This document shows positions 52,617 through 64,000 of a stretch of DNA of 64,000 nt, piece by piece. The stretch comes from Cyanobacteria bacterium P01_D01_bin.156. Its GTDB lineage: Bacteria; Cyanobacteriota; Cyanobacteriia; Phormidesmidales; Phormidesmidaceae. The translations under genes and the position numbers were made by a program. The notes beneath the pieces were generated by a model. It did not search any database, was not told where the DNA came from, and was given only the letters and a program-made list of their open reading frames with translations. Numbering within the stretch: the first letter of the stretch is position 1; the number at the start of each line of letters is the position of its first letter. The stretch spans positions 1 to 64,000 of the forward strand of contig JBCCQQ010000027.1 of the NCBI GenBank assembly GCA_039024555.1, read 5' to 3'.

Positions 52617-53450
52617 TTAAGCATCTAGAGACTCAACACGGCCGTAGAACAAGCCTTGAACCTTAACATCCGAAGGTTCTGCAGTCCCCATATCAGTATC
52701 GGAAGGCTGCTCACACTCAAACGTACCTGCAATCTCACCAGTAACTGAGTCTACCTTCTCAACCTGGAGTGACATAGTACCTTGACCGACCTTAAATGCC
52801 TTCATGTTCTCCTTGATCAGCTCCTCACTATCTCCACCAGCAGGCAGAGCAACAGCTGTATCGTAACCTGTGGTCAAACCACGACCTTTGGGATCTAAGA
52901 AGTTAGAAGTACGGTAGGAAGGAACGCGATAATCTCCAATAAAGTCAGTGGAAGAGGTAATTGCATTTAATCCAGCTTGAGTTTCTGCAACTAGACCTTT
53001 GATGGTGAATAGGAAGGGAACTTCTTCACCACCAGGCAACAGAACAGTAACAGCTTGGAAATCAATGCCGTCCTTCTCCTTAAATAGCAGGCTACCGTCG
53101 CTATTCAAAGAAAGAGCACCGCGAACTTGATCCAAACTAGATGTGTAACGGGTTAGGGACTTACCAGGAACAAACTCAGCTTCACGACGCTTGTTAAGGG
53201 GCTCTTCTTTAACAAAGTAGCTAGTTGGCTCTAAGCATAGGCCCGCAATCTGATAAGCTTTGCCGTCTTCGATAGCAATCTCCCCACGACGAACACTGGC
53301 AATCTGAGGGCAGCTGTTGGCTAAACCCGTATTTCGAATCTGATCGTAGGTGAGGGGGGTATTACTATCAGCACTAGGAGCATCGCTACATGCTGTCAAA
53401 ACACCCATACAGAGTGCTAAAAATGCAACGATTAGGGCACGATACCTCAT
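52617..53450 (-). CDS. psbO: Photosystem II manganese-stabilising protein
   Basis: LTYDQI..TGLAN.CP, DGIDFQ, PFLFTIK and PSYR..FLDPKGRG; ATG at 53450 with a GAGG RBS. Confidence 0.98.
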   Translation of the reverse strand: MRYRALIVAFLALCMGVLTACSDAPSADSNTPLTYDQIRNTGLANSCPQIASVRRGEIAIEDGKAYQIAGLCLEPTSYFVKEEPLNKRREAEFVPGKSLTRYTSSLDQVRGALSLNSDGSLLFKEKDGIDFQAVTVLLPGGEEVPFLFTIKGLVAETQAGLNAITSSTDFIGDYRVPSYRTSNFLDPKGRGLTTGYDTAVALPAGGDSEELIKENMKAFKVGQGTMSLQVEKVDSVTGEIAGTFECEQPSDTDMGTAEPSDVKVQGLFYGRVESLDA

Positions 53451-53784
53451 GGTCAACCTCAAACAAAAAGTATTTATGCAAGAAAATTTCTTAGTGGTTA
53501 TAAAACCAACTAGGGGCCTATTGACGTTGTCTATGCCTCAAGCTTTTTGTATTTCAAACAAAGCTCTTTGAGAGGCTAACCGAAGTTGCTCTAAGGATAG
53601 CCAACTAACCTTCCCGAAAGTATTTTACACGGACGAGTCCCCGCTGAAGGTTGAAAATTCTGAAATCTGCTGATTGATTAATACTCTGCAGCTATCCTGC
53701 TTATGTGGCTCCCCAGGCGGTGAATTCGTGAAATTGGGCTACACTATCTGCATTATCGGGTTTTTCTACTAAATTAGTCGCTCA

Positions 53785-54123
53785 ATGGAACCCTACTCCT
53801 CAGATACTTCTGGTCCGGAAATTAGTGATATAGAGGCAATTCGAGAAGCCGTTCAACAAGCCGCTCGAAGAAGAGAAAAGGATTGTATTGAGCTCTTGGA
53901 CCTATTAAGACAATTAGAAGAGCTACACCGGGATATTCGTGAGACTTTTTTCCAGGAGTCGTTACCGACAAATCGTCAGCGGTTATACAATTTGCTACGC
54001 GATATCGAGGTGAGTGGTGGATGGCCTTACATCCAGAGAATGAAGTTGCAGAAACTTCTGGCGGCCTCAGACTATTCAATCTTGTCTGACTCGTCACCGG
54101 CTCAGGAGTCGTCTGAAAGTTAA
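53785..54123 (+). CDS. Hypothetical helical protein (112 aa)
   Basis: ORF with a conserved-looking LP..RQRLYNLLRDIE..GGWPYI segment. Confidence 0.75.
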   Translation: MEPYSSDTSGPEISDIEAIREAVQQAARRREKDCIELLDLLRQLEELHRDIRETFFQESLPTNRQRLYNLLRDIEVSGGWPYIQRMKLQKLLAASDYSILSDSSPAQESSES

Positions 54124-54197
54124 ATGGTGAGGTTCTATCTGAATTAAAGCAGGGCCTGTTGGGTAACTTCTTGAGTTAGATTTTTGTTTTATTTTTT

Positions 54198-55706
54198 ATG
54201 GTCATGCTTGGTTGGCAGCATATGGACAGACGTGGCGTACGCTGTGGACTATTGGCATTGGTAACGGGTTTACTAGTTCAATGTCCGACCGCTGGTCTAG
54301 CGCAAACTGCACACCTCAATCGATACTGTCAATTTCCTCAAACTGAGGTCGATGATAAGGAGGCGTTACGGCAACAGACTGCTAATCGAGATGCTACTGC
54401 GATCGCACAGTATAACGACTTACTCAAACGCCATAGTGAGCGTTTAAAATCTTGCCGTCAGCAGCAGTGGCCCCGTCAGCAGGCAACTTGGCTGAGACTT
54501 TATCCCTGCGATCTCCGACCAGGGCTGCTCGATGCTTTGATGGATCGAGTGGTCAACTTGGGCTACACCGATGTTTATGTGGAAGTTTTTTACAACGGCC
54601 AGGTACTTTTGCCAAAGCAGGAAAATCGCACCATCTGGCCGAGTGTGGTGCAGCAACAGGGCTATGAAAATCGAGATTTATTAGCAGAAGCGATCGCAGC
54701 AGGTCACAAACGAGGCCTGAATGTACATGCCTGGATGTTTACCATGAATTTTGGGTATTCCTATGGGCAAAGAAGCGATCGCCAGCACGTACTGGCCCGC
54801 AATGGCCAAGGAGAAACCACATCTGCCTTTGCCAGCCGAGGCGCTAGCAATAACCCCGAAGAAATTTTTATTGACCCTTACAACTACCAAGCACGTAACG
54901 ACTATCTACAAATGCTCCAGCAGGTGCTGCGGCGAAATCCAGATGGAGTGCTATTTGACTACATTCGATATCCCCGTGGGACAGGTAGCAATTCAGTCGT
55001 AGGCCAGGTGGGCGACCTTTGGATTTACAGCACAGCCGCCAAGAACTCATTGATACAGAGGGCCTTAAACAATAAAGGGCGGACACTGATTCAGCAGTTT
55101 CTAGAACGAGGTTATTTAACGGAGTCGGATTTAGAGCGCGTTGATCAGCAGTTCCCTAATGAAGCTGAACCCCTTTGGCAAAGTCGGCGTCCCTCGGGTA
55201 ACACCAGCGATGTATCTGCAGCCGCCCGTCGCCCTGGGTTACAGCTGGAACTATGGAGATTGAGCGTTGCCCATGCCGTTCAAGGGGTCGTTGACTTTTT
55301 GACAACAGTCTCTCAACCAGCACAACAACAAAATATTCCAACAAGTGCTGTCTTTTTTCCAACAGCCAACCAGCCTGTTGGAACCCAGGGTTACGATTCT
55401 CGACTCCAGCATTGGAACCGGTTTCCTAAAGCGATGAGCTGGCACCCCATGGCTTACAGCATCTGTGGAAATACTCGATGCATTGTGCAAGACATACAGT
55501 TGGTATTGCGTCAGAACAACGCTAGTAACGTCAAGCCAGCCTTAGCAGGGGTATGGGGCAAAGCCATCAATAATCGCCCCTCTTTAGAAGCTCAAATGGA
55601 CGCCATACAGAAGGTGGCACCAAACATTCCTTCCGTCAGTCATTTTGCCTATTCTTGGCAAGATCCTGAATTTGATCGAGTACGAAAGTTTTGTGCACTG
55701 CCCTAA
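54198..55706 (+). CDS. Glycosyl hydrolase-like family 10 (DUF187) exported protein
   Basis: Signal peptide, VYVEVF, HKRGLNVHAW and DGVLFDYIRYP. Confidence 0.85.
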   Translation: MVMLGWQHMDRRGVRCGLLALVTGLLVQCPTAGLAQTAHLNRYCQFPQTEVDDKEALRQQTANRDATAIAQYNDLLKRHSERLKSCRQQQWPRQQATWLRLYPCDLRPGLLDALMDRVVNLGYTDVYVEVFYNGQVLLPKQENRTIWPSVVQQQGYENRDLLAEAIAAGHKRGLNVHAWMFTMNFGYSYGQRSDRQHVLARNGQGETTSAFASRGASNNPEEIFIDPYNYQARNDYLQMLQQVLRRNPDGVLFDYIRYPRGTGSNSVVGQVGDLWIYSTAAKNSLIQRALNNKGRTLIQQFLERGYLTESDLERVDQQFPNEAEPLWQSRRPSGNTSDVSAAARRPGLQLELWRLSVAHAVQGVVDFLTTVSQPAQQQNIPTSAVFFPTANQPVGTQGYDSRLQHWNRFPKAMSWHPMAYSICGNTRCIVQDIQLVLRQNNASNVKPALAGVWGKAINNRPSLEAQMDAIQKVAPNIPSVSHFAYSWQDPEFDRVRKFCALP

Positions 55707-55753
55707 AAAATGAGACCACATTCAGATTCGTAATCTCGATCAAATGTATTGCT

Positions 55754-55795
55754 AAAAAAATACATCCACTACCCTTTTCAAGAACAGTGGATGCA
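55754..55795 (-). terminator. Probable chlH terminator
   Basis: CATCCACT...AGTGGATG stem with an A7 tract on the plus strand (U tract on minus). Confidence 0.55.
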
Positions 55796-55835
55796 TCTAA
55801 AAGCTCAAACAGGCTTTAGCCAGTTAAGTAATAGG

Positions 55836-58800
55836 CTATTCAACTCCTTCAATACGGTTCTCTACTTCTTCGTAGAGTTCCTGGAGTTTCTCGATGTTTT
55901 CATCACTCGTTTCCCAATAGCCACGGCCATTGACTTCTAGCAATGTAGTCACCATGCGGCGGAAGGAGTTGGGATTGAGGTCCATCAGACGCTTACACAT
56001 CTCTTCATCCTGAATAAATGTGGTGTTAGTGTCTTCATAAACCCAGTTATCCACAGCATCCGCAGTGGCTGACCACCCCATTGTGTTTACCAAACGGTTA
56101 GACAGCTCACGCACACCTTCATAACCGTTAGCCAGCATCCCTTCATACCACTTGGGATTCAGGAGCTTGGTGCGGGAGTCGAGACGAACCGTCTCAGACA
56201 GCGTGCGCACCTGGGCATTTGCCGTTGTGGTGTCGGCCACAAAGGATGTGGGCTTCTTACCATCATCTCGCAGCTGACCAATCACCTTAGTGGGGTCAGA
56301 GTCAAAGTAGTGGGATACGTCAGTTAGAGAAATCTCAGATGAATCCAGGTTCTGGAAAGTGACATCAGCAGTTTTTAGAGATGCCTCAAACAGGTCGCGA
56401 GAGTTATCCATCACGCCAGGGTTATCAGAATTAAAGGCGAAGGACTTACGCTTCAAGTACATTTCCTGAAGTTCAGACTCCTCTTCCCAACTGCTGTTTT
56501 CTACTGCCAAGTTCACGTTGGCCGCATAGGAACCAGAGGCATTGGAAAAGATGCGTGTAGCTGCTTCCCGCAGGGATAGCCCCATTTCATCTGCCTGTTT
56601 TAAGGCATGCTTACGAACAAAGTTCATCTCCAAGGGCTCATCGGCCTCAGCTGCCATTTTCACAGCGCGGTCCAACAAAGCCATCTGGTTAACAAACAGA
56701 TCGCGGAACACACCAGAGCAGTTAATGACTACGTCAATGCGGGGACGCCCCAACTCATTTAGAGGAACAATCTCCAGCTTATTCACACGCCCTAGAGCAT
56801 CAGGAACAGGTTTAACACCTACAAACCAGAGCATCTGAGCTAAGGATTCGCCATAGGTCTTGATGTTGTCAGTTCCCCAGAGGACAGAAGCAATTGTCTC
56901 GGGATACTTACCACCATTTTCCTTACGCTGACGCTCTAGCAAACGATCTACCACTACCTTGGCAGACTGCACCGCCGCAGTTGTAGGAATAGACTGAGGA
57001 TCTAAAGCATGGAGGTTTTTACCCGTGGGTAATACATCCGGGTTTCGAATGGGGTCACCGCCAGGCCCAGGCAAGATATACTCACCATCTAGCGCCCTCA
57101 GCAGGGAAGACAACTCGTTATCAGCAACTACCTGCTTCAAGCAGAACTGCAAATATTCAAACAATGGCTTGAGGTCTTCTTCATTGACGTTTTTGTAGCC
57201 ATGCTCATGGAGCGCCTCAACCCAGGGGTCTTTACGTTTGCCAAAGTTGAAGAATTTAAGCATGGTTTTGAGGGAAACTCGGCCCTCATCATCCACCTGT
57301 TCATTCACGATGGCACCTACAGCAGCCCGAGTTGCCTCATTGATGTCATATAGCAGCTGAACATCATCCAAAATGCCCAGGTCGCTATTTCTATAGATGG
57401 CATCAATGTTTCGCTCAATACTCTCTGCGATAATGCGCTGCAGACTCTTAAAGCCTTCTTCCTCACGGTCAAGGCCTGCAATATTAACCAGGGTAGCTAC
57501 GGCTTCCTCAGCCGTCGGGGGCTTACCGATAACGTGCAAGCCACAGGGCAACAGGCGAGATTCGATTTCCATCAGCTTGATGTAAATCTTACCCACCAGG
57601 GTATCTCGCTCCTCTTTACTGAGTTCGCTGGCATCATCCACATCAGGCAGAGTGACATCGCGCTCTAAGTTGACCTGACGAGCCTGCTCAATAATGGCGT
57701 TAACGATAGAAACCGCACGGCCACCTTCCTTGAGGCCTTGATAAGAAGCAATCAGCTCACTGAGCTCCTTAAGCCCCTTATACAAACCAGCATTTTCAGC
57801 AGGAGGCGTCAGATAGCTGATGGTTTCCGCATAACCACGGCGCTTAGCAATAGTGGCTTCGGAAGGGTTATTAGCAGCGTAGTAGTAGAGATTGGGAGTG
57901 CTACCAATCAAGTTATCCGGATAGCATTGACCCGACATTCCCATCTGCTTCCCAGGCATGAACTCCAAAGAGCCATGGGTACCAAAGTGAAGTACCGCAT
58001 CTGCCTTCCAAATCTTTTCGATGAAGGTGTAGTAAGCGGCAAAACCATGGTGGGGGCTAGCAGAGCGGGAGAAAAGCAACCGCATCGGATCGCCCTCGTA
58101 CCCAAATGTGGGCTGAACACCAATGAACAAATTGCCAAAGGTCTTACCGTAAACCAGTAGATTCTGGCCATCGGTATTGAGGTTTCCTGGCGGTGGTCCC
58201 CAGTTCTCTTCTAACCGCTCTGAGTAGGGTGTGAGCTTTTCATACTCACCCACCGACATGCGATAAGCAACGTTAAGCTCAGGGCTGTTGTACTGAGCCT
58301 GGGCATCATTGATAACCTCTAGCATCAGCGCTTCCGCTGACTCAGGCATATTTTCAATGGTGTAGCCCTGCTCTTGCATCTCAATCATGGCTTCATAGAT
58401 AGAGCCAAATACGTTGAGATAAGCAGCGGTACCCACATTGCCCTTATCGGGTGGGAAGCTAAAGACGGTAATAGCCAGCTTCTTATTAGCACGCTCAACA
58501 CGGCGCAGGTTAGCCCACTTAAGAGCACGCTGGGAAATGATTTCCACACGGTCTTGTAAAGTAATCGCCCGACCGGTCATACCGTCACGACCAGAGACCA
58601 CAATGGGGTCAATGGCACCGTCTAGCTCGGGAATAGCCATTTGCAAGGCTACTTGAATAGGATGCAGACCTAGGTCGCTATCTTCCCACTCTTCAGTAGT
58701 TTGAAATACTAGGGGTAGAGCCACCATGTAAGGACGATTCAGCTTTTGAAGAGACTCAATTGCCTTGGGATGGTCTTGACGAGCAGGACCTCCTACCAGA

Positions 58801-59831
58801 GCAAACCCCGTTAAGGAAACTACAGAGTCAACCAAAGGCTCTTGGCTAACAGGCTCATAGAAAAACTGCTCTACAGGCTTCGAGAAGTCAAGACCACCAG
58901 CAAACACAGGAATAACCCGAGCTCCCATGTACTCCAGCTCTTGAACCATGGAGACATAGTGGGCTTCATCACCGGTCACCAAGTGGGTGCGCTGCAATAC
59001 TAGACCAACGCAGGGGGCCTGCTCCTTTTTGTGAGAAGCAGGTAAATCCTGCCGAGAGCTATACCAGTTGAGGTACTCTTTAACGTCCTCATACATGCAA
59101 GGCGCAAGGGGATGCCAAATACCTGTGTCGGGATAGGTAACAGGCTCCTCGTACTCCATATTCTTTGGAGCACCTTCGATTTCTTTGTCGCCAAACATGT
59201 AGCGATCAGCCAGCATCAGCATGAAGTTCTCCAAATTTTCAGGAGACCCTCCAAGCCAGTACTGAAAGCTAAGCATAAAGTTGCGAGCATCTTGGGCCTT
59301 ATCAACCGGCAAATACTTAAGCACCTTAGGCAAGGTACGCAACAACTTCAGCATGGCGTCCTCAAAGCTGCCCCCTTGCTTTTGGCGACGCTTCTTCATA
59401 AACTCGCCAATGGCGCTCTTGGACTGCCCTAGCTGAGCCATGGAAAAGCTACCCATCTTGTTCAGACGCATTACCTGAGGCATAGATGGGAAGACAACAG
59501 CTACGTCGAGGCTGTCACGATGGGGAGTGACGGCTGCTACGACCTTTTCAGCGAGTTCTTCAATAAAAATTAGAGATGCGACAAAAACGTTTGCTTCGGA
59601 AACGTCTTTTTTAAATGCTTCGTAGTTACCACCATCTCGCAGCTCCTCAATGAGATAGCCGCTAACTTCTACTGCAATGTGAGGATTATTAGCATTAATG
59701 GACTTAACAGCTGCGGATAAAGCGCTTTGATACTGTGGCTCAAGTACGACGTACACCACTTTCATCAAAGACCGTTCGCCAAGGTTCTCGGGTGAGATAT
59801 GTCTCACAGTGGGCTTGACGTTCGTGAACAT
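55836..59831 (-). CDS. chlH: Magnesium chelatase subunit H
   Basis: MFTNVK start (ATG 59831, GAGGAAGGA RBS), [34 protein letters not shown] and [11 protein letters not shown]. Confidence 0.98.
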   Translation of the reverse strand: MFTNVKPTVRHISPENLGERSLMKVVYVVLEPQYQSALSAAVKSINANNPHIAVEVSGYLIEELRDGGNYEAFKKDVSEANVFVASLIFIEELAEKVVAAVTPHRDSLDVAVVFPSMPQVMRLNKMGSFSMAQLGQSKSAIGEFMKKRRQKQGGSFEDAMLKLLRTLPKVLKYLPVDKAQDARNFMLSFQYWLGGSPENLENFMLMLADRYMFGDKEIEGAPKNMEYEEPVTYPDTGIWHPLAPCMYEDVKEYLNWYSSRQDLPASHKKEQAPCVGLVLQRTHLVTGDEAHYVSMVQELEYMGARVIPVFAGGLDFSKPVEQFFYEPVSQEPLVDSVVSLTGFALVGGPARQDHPKAIESLQKLNRPYMVALPLVFQTTEEWEDSDLGLHPIQVALQMAIPELDGAIDPIVVSGRDGMTGRAITLQDRVEIISQRALKWANLRRVERANKKLAITVFSFPPDKGNVGTAAYLNVFGSIYEAMIEMQEQGYTIENMPESAEALMLEVINDAQAQYNSPELNVAYRMSVGEYEKLTPYSERLEENWGPPPGNLNTDGQNLLVYGKTFGNLFIGVQPTFGYEGDPMRLLFSRSASPHHGFAAYYTFIEKIWKADAVLHFGTHGSLEFMPGKQMGMSGQCYPDNLIGSTPNLYYYAANNPSEATIAKRRGYAETISYLTPPAENAGLYKGLKELSELIASYQGLKEGGRAVSIVNAIIEQARQVNLERDVTLPDVDDASELSKEERDTLVGKIYIKLMEIESRLLPCGLHVIGKPPTAEEAVATLVNIAGLDREEEGFKSLQRIIAESIERNIDAIYRNSDLGILDDVQLLYDINEATRAAVGAIVNEQVDDEGRVSLKTMLKFFNFGKRKDPWVEALHEHGYKNVNEEDLKPLFEYLQFCLKQVVADNELSSLLRALDGEYILPGPGGDPIRNPDVLPTGKNLHALDPQSIPTTAAVQSAKVVVDRLLERQRKENGGKYPETIASVLWGTDNIKTYGESLAQMLWFVGVKPVPDALGRVNKLEIVPLNELGRPRIDVVINCSGVFRDLFVNQMALLDRAVKMAAEADEPLEMNFVRKHALKQADEMGLSLREAATRIFSNASGSYAANVNLAVENSSWEEESELQEMYLKRKSFAFNSDNPGVMDNSRDLFEASLKTADVTFQNLDSSEISLTDVSHYFDSDPTKVIGQLRDDGKKPTSFVADTTTANAQVRTLSETVRLDSRTKLLNPKWYEGMLANGYEGVRELSNRLVNTMGWSATADAVDNWVYEDTNTTFIQDEEMCKRLMDLNPNSFRRMVTTLLEVNGRGYWETSDENIEKLQELYEEVENRIEGVE

Positions 59832-60185
59832 GCAGTTTGACTCCTTCCTCTGTGTTTTCAACCTTATCCACGCCTAGAAAAGTCGCTTAACTATTAAGCA
59901 CAACTAAAGCTCTGGACGTGGTTTGTCTCTTCCAATGGGTGGTGATGACTGCCGCCTAGCATGTTAAACCCGGTTGGGTATTGCCATCGGTCGGACTCAT
60001 TAAGCGATCGCATGGACCCAGTAGCCACAAAACATTTACAAAAACGCTTTACAAACGTGAAGTGATTACTGTAATGAGAAACATTCCATAACATCTGTAT
60101 AGGTCTTTAAACCTATTGTGTTTGTATCAGAAAATCCCTACAGACTAGGGATACAGCCACAGATGCGATACAAAATGACATATTG

Positions 60186-60227
60186 ACTCTCGCTTTATGT
60201 AACAGATCTGTTACATAAAGCGAGAGT
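60186..60227. repeat. Perfect 42-bp palindrome with no spacer
   Basis: ACTCTCGCTTTATGTAACAGA|TCTGTTACATAAAGCGAGAGT. Confidence 0.95.
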
Positions 60228-60399
60228 GTTACTAATTCTTATACTTCAAATAAAGTAAAAAGATAATGGTTGACAAATTCGACCCTGCACCGGTTGCTCA
60301 TTTTTTAGTCTTGATGCTTGGAACATTCGTTACTTTGCTGGAGTAACAATCTTCAATAGGATCTAAAGAGATTGTTTCTAAGTGTGGTCGGGAAAAGCT

Positions 60400-61317
60400 A
60401 TGCGAATTTTGGTGATGGGTGGCACACGCTTTATCGGTGTGTATCTTACCCGCCTGCTATTGGATGCAGGCCATGCGGTGACGTTATTAAACCGGGGTAA
60501 CAAACCAGCTCCTGAGGGAGTAGATGTGGTGAAGTGCGATCGCAAAGACCCTGCTGCCCTAAAAACAGCCCTGGCTGGAAAACAATTCGACGCCATCTAC
60601 GACAACAACGGTCGCGAACTGAGCGACACTGAACCCTTAGTTGAGCTTTTTGGAAAAACCGTTGGGCAGTTTATCTACATCAGCTCGGCAGGCGTTTACC
60701 TCAAAAGTGACCAAATGCCCCATATCGAGGGGGACCCCGTCGACCCCAAAAGTCGCCACAAAGGTAAACACCACACCGAAGATTACCTGGCCGAGCAAGG
60801 GGTGCCGTTCACATCGATTCGCCCCGTGTATATCTATGGCCCTCAAAACTACAACCCACTCGAAAAGTGGTTTTTTGACCGCCTCAGCCATGATCGTGCC
60901 CTACCTATCCCCGGCAACGGTAAAGCAATCACCCAGCTAGGGCACTGTGCTGACCTGGCGCAAGCGATGGTTGCGGTACTTGGCAATACCAAAGCCATCG
61001 GACAGATTTACAACATTTCAGGGGAGCGTTACGTCACCTTTGATGGATTAGCCCAGGCCTGTGCTGAAGCCATGGGTAAACCTACACCAGAAATCATCCA
61101 TTACGACCCCGCTCAATTTGACTTTGGTAAGCGCAAAGCCTTTCCGATGCGGGTACAGCACTTTTTTACATCCATCACTAAAGCCCAATCAGAACTCGAT
61201 TGGACACCACATTACAGTCTAGTAGAAGGGCTAAAAGACTCCTATAACCAGGATTACTGCAAATTAGAGCAAGCAGTAGATTTTGAATTAGACGAGCAAA
61301 TTTTGTCTGCTGTGTAG
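60400..61317 (+). CDS. NAD-dependent epimerase/dehydratase family, CSP41b-like RNA-binding protein
   Basis: MRILVMGGTRFIG, DNNGRE, SSAGVY, SRHKGK, RPVYIYGP and GKRKAFPMR.QHFF. Confidence 0.9.
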   Translation: MRILVMGGTRFIGVYLTRLLLDAGHAVTLLNRGNKPAPEGVDVVKCDRKDPAALKTALAGKQFDAIYDNNGRELSDTEPLVELFGKTVGQFIYISSAGVYLKSDQMPHIEGDPVDPKSRHKGKHHTEDYLAEQGVPFTSIRPVYIYGPQNYNPLEKWFFDRLSHDRALPIPGNGKAITQLGHCADLAQAMVAVLGNTKAIGQIYNISGERYVTFDGLAQACAEAMGKPTPEIIHYDPAQFDFGKRKAFPMRVQHFFTSITKAQSELDWTPHYSLVEGLKDSYNQDYCKLEQAVDFELDEQILSAV

Positions 61318-61355
61318 CCTTAGAGCCGCTAACCCCCACCCAAACCGAAATCCAG

Positions 61356-61371
61356 GTTCGGTAACCCCCCC
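61356..61371 (+). promoter_or_regulatory. K-box-like heat-shock element upstream of dnaK
   Basis: GTTCGGTAACCCCCCC has one mismatch to the cyanobacterial K-box GTTCGGNNANCCNNAC as I recall it, about 100 bp upstream of the ATG. Confidence 0.6.
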
Positions 61372-61469
61372 TTCAGGGATTGGCTCTGGATTAGCACTAT
61401 AGTAATGAGCTTTTAAGAAACCGTTTTCAAGGTTCGTTTAGAAGCAGCTATTCAGCCGGAGCAACTGAT

Positions 61470-63377
61470 ATGGGAAAAGTAGTTGGAATTGACTTAGGAA
61501 CTACAAACTCTGTAGTCGCCGTTATGGAAGGTGGTAAGCCCACCGTAATTGCTAATGCAGAAGGTTTTCGTACCACACCATCCGTAGTCGCCTATGCCAA
61601 GAGTGGCGATCGTCTGGTCGGCCAAATCGCTAAGCGTCAGGCCGTGATGAACCCTACCAATACGTTTTACTCAGTAAAGCGTTTCATCGGTCGTCGCAAT
61701 GACGAGGTAGGCAACGAGTCCTCAGAGGTTCCCTATAACGTTCTCAACGTGAACGGTAACGTCAAAATTGAGTGTACTAATGCCGACAAGCAGTTTGCTC
61801 CTGAGGAAATTTCTGCCCAGGTACTGCGTAAACTAGCCGACGATGCCAGTAAGTATCTGGGCGACCAGGTCACCCAGGCGGTCATTACTGTTCCAGCCTA
61901 TTTTAACGACTCCCAGCGTCAGGCGACTAAGGATGCTGGCAAGATTGCGGGCCTCGAAGTTCTGCGGATTATCAACGAGCCCACCGCTGCCGCTTTAGCC
62001 TACGGTCTTGATAAAAAGAGCAACGAAACTATCTTAGTATTCGACTTAGGTGGTGGCACCTTTGACGTTTCCATTCTGGAAGTGGGCGATGGTGTATTTG
62101 AGGTACTCTCCACATCCGGTGACACTCACTTGGGTGGTGACGACTTCGACAAGAAGATTGTGGATCATCTGGCTGAGCAGTTCATGTCCCAAGAGGGCAT
62201 TGACCTCCGCAAGGATAAGCAGGCTCTGCAGCGTTTAACTGAAGCTGCTGAAAAAGCAAAAATTGAGCTTTCCAGCGTTACCCAAGCGGAAATTAACCTG
62301 CCCTTTATTACAGCAACCCAGGACGGTCCTAAGCACCTGGATTTGACCCTCACACGAGCTAAGTTCGAAGAGCTCTGCTCTGACCTAATCGATCGTTGCG
62401 GCATCCCTGTAGAAAATGCCATCCGCGATGCCAAGCTAGCCAAGGGAGACATCAATGAAATCGTGCTAGTGGGTGGTTCCACTCGTATTCCTGCAGTTCA
62501 AGAACTGGTTACTAAAATTCTTGGCAAAGAGCCTAACCAGAGTGTAAACCCCGACGAAGTTGTGGCCATTGGTGCCGCAATTCAGGGTGGTGTCCTAGCG
62601 GGTGAAGTGAAGGACATTCTGCTGCTTGATGTGACTCCCCTATCCTTGGGTGTGGAGACGTTGGGTGGCGTAATGACTAAGCTAATCCCCAGAAACACCA
62701 CAATTCCTACTAAGAAGTCTGAGGTGTTCTCCACTGCTGTCGACGGTCAGACCAACGTGGAAATTCACGTTCTCCAAGGTGAGCGTGAAATGGCTAACGA
62801 CAATAAAGACCTGGGCGTATTCCGCTTAGATGGCATTCCTCCTGCTCCCCGTGGTGTACCTCAAATTGAAGTGACATTCGATATCGATGCTAACGGTATT
62901 TTGAATGTAACTGCTAAAGATAAGGGCACTGGCAAAGAGCAGTCCATCAGCATCACGGGTGCATCCACTCTATCGGATGACGAAGTAGATCGGATGGTGC
63001 GCGATGCGGAAGCTAACTCCGCTGCCGACAAGGAACGTCGCGAGAAGATCGATGTTAAGAACCAGGCAGACTCCTTGGTTTACCAGGCTGAGAAGCAAAT
63101 GGGTGAACTGGCGGACAAGATCTCTGATGAGGATAAGTCCAAAGTGGAGACTGAAATTGCCAGTCTGAAAGAAGCGATCGCATCCGACGATGCTGACAAG
63201 ATAAAGGCAGGTACCGAATCTCTGCAACAGGCGCTGTTTGCTTTGAGCAGCAACATGTATGGCGGAGCAGATGCTGCCGCTGCCGCTGCAGATGCTGCCG
63301 GTGGTGCAGCCCCTGATAGCAGCGAGGGCGGTGATGATGACGTTATCGACGCTGAGTTCTCTGAAGAAGACAAATAA
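61470..63377 (+). CDS. dnaK: Chaperone DnaK (DnaK2 type)
   Basis: [25 protein letters not shown] and C-terminal [15 protein letters not shown]. Confidence 0.98.
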   Translation: MGKVVGIDLGTTNSVVAVMEGGKPTVIANAEGFRTTPSVVAYAKSGDRLVGQIAKRQAVMNPTNTFYSVKRFIGRRNDEVGNESSEVPYNVLNVNGNVKIECTNADKQFAPEEISAQVLRKLADDASKYLGDQVTQAVITVPAYFNDSQRQATKDAGKIAGLEVLRIINEPTAAALAYGLDKKSNETILVFDLGGGTFDVSILEVGDGVFEVLSTSGDTHLGGDDFDKKIVDHLAEQFMSQEGIDLRKDKQALQRLTEAAEKAKIELSSVTQAEINLPFITATQDGPKHLDLTLTRAKFEELCSDLIDRCGIPVENAIRDAKLAKGDINEIVLVGGSTRIPAVQELVTKILGKEPNQSVNPDEVVAIGAAIQGGVLAGEVKDILLLDVTPLSLGVETLGGVMTKLIPRNTTIPTKKSEVFSTAVDGQTNVEIHVLQGEREMANDNKDLGVFRLDGIPPAPRGVPQIEVTFDIDANGILNVTAKDKGTGKEQSISITGASTLSDDEVDRMVRDAEANSAADKERREKIDVKNQADSLVYQAEKQMGELADKISDEDKSKVETEIASLKEAIASDDADKIKAGTESLQQALFALSSNMYGGADAAAAAADAAGGAAPDSSEGGDDDVIDAEFSEEDK

Positions 63378-63387
63378 CTTCAACCAA

Positions 63388-63489
63388 TCACGGCGGCGCT
63401 CTCATCTGAAAAGTACCGCCGTGACATAGCCGACAAACTTGCTCCGGCTAGCAAGGGGGTGGATGGTTTAACCATTCACCTTTTTTTGC
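63388..63489 (+). terminator. Two tandem hairpins downstream of dnaK, the second followed by a T7 tract
   Basis: TCACGGCGG...CCGCCGTGA (63388-63424), then GGTGGATGGT-tta-ACCATTCACC-TTTTTTT. Confidence 0.8.
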
Positions 63490-63653
63490 GTCAGTAACAT
63501 CCCCTAACTCAGATGACTAATTGTTCGTACTCATCATGAAACGTACAAATCATTGATGCTGAGTCAAAGTACACAACTGTAAGCAGCGCTTTTCTATATT
63601 TGAGAAACGAATTACCCTCAGGCTCCGGTCAAATAGGGGCAAGTAAAGGTAGC

Positions 63654-63824
63654 CTACTTAAGGCCAATGAGCGAAACCAGGCTTTGGCCAGTGAAATATT
63701 CAAGGGCGATTAAAATCAAAAAACCCACCATAGCAGCTCGACCATTGAGCTGCTCAGCATATTCGTTGAACCCTTTTTTAGGGCGTTCAAGGTTAGGACT
63801 AACGGAAGGCTTAATATCAGGCAC
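63654..63824 (-). CDS. hli: High-light inducible protein (HLIP, CAB/ELIP family)
   Basis: GFNEYAEQLNGRAAMVGF carries the ExxNGRxAM chlorophyll-binding motif. GTG at 63824 gives a typical 56 aa; the ORF is open up to 63866. Confidence 0.92.
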   Translation of the reverse strand: MPDIKPSVSPNLERPKKGFNEYAEQLNGRAAMVGFLILIALEYFTGQSLVSLIGLK

Positions 63825-64000
63825 GGTATTTGACGTCGGGTTATACCCATCTATTCTCGCTATCAAAGGGAAAATTCGTCAATGAATTTGAATAGTCTAA
63901 AATTCTCATTTTTGATGATTCTCGCAATGGTTAGCAGCGCTAAGCTGTAGGCAACGGCAGTTTTGCAGTAACAAATATATTGCTACTCAAAGCTTTAAAC

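Noticed and set aside
61391..61417. CIRCE element upstream of dnaK
   Set aside because: Only TTAGCACT is present; the GAGTGCTAA half is absent, so it is more likely the -10 region.
63262..63310. GCTGCC-rich tandem repeats in dnaK
   Set aside because: They encode the ordinary Ala/Gly-rich flexible C-terminal tail.

Overview
A mostly core-genome stretch of a cyanobacterial chromosome, shown by photosynthesis genes and frequent HIP1 GCGATCGC sites; a filamentous Leptolyngbya-like host is my inference only. Recognisable genes are psbD (5' end), tRNA-Asn, rpaA, chlP, ligA, truB, three glycosyltransferases in a cluster, ctpA, petB-petD, ycf20, eda, ftsH3, cax, tsaB, lipA, mdh, ndhO-mutM-psaE, sigF, psbO, chlH, a CSP41b-like gene, dnaK and an hli gene. 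I saw no transposase, integrase, prophage, rRNA or CRISPR array. The most notable items are: (1) an AT-rich ~3.2 kb cassette pairing an HTH-NACHT (NLR-like STAND) gene with a divergent solo NfeD-like gene; (2) a 331-aa hypothetical protein whose C-terminal half aligns by eye without gaps to allophycocyanin alpha but has Ser at the bilin-binding Cys; (3) a PilP-like lipoprotein behind sigF; (4) a cNMP-EAL phosphodiesterase split by one in-frame TAA; (5) an M50 protease homologue with HExxH changed to RExxH; (6) a perfect 42-bp spacerless palindrome upstream of chlH; (7) a degenerate copy of the chlP 3' end; (8) a bias of HIP1 sites toward TGCGATCGCA. All family calls come from motif recognition by eye; no database search was run.
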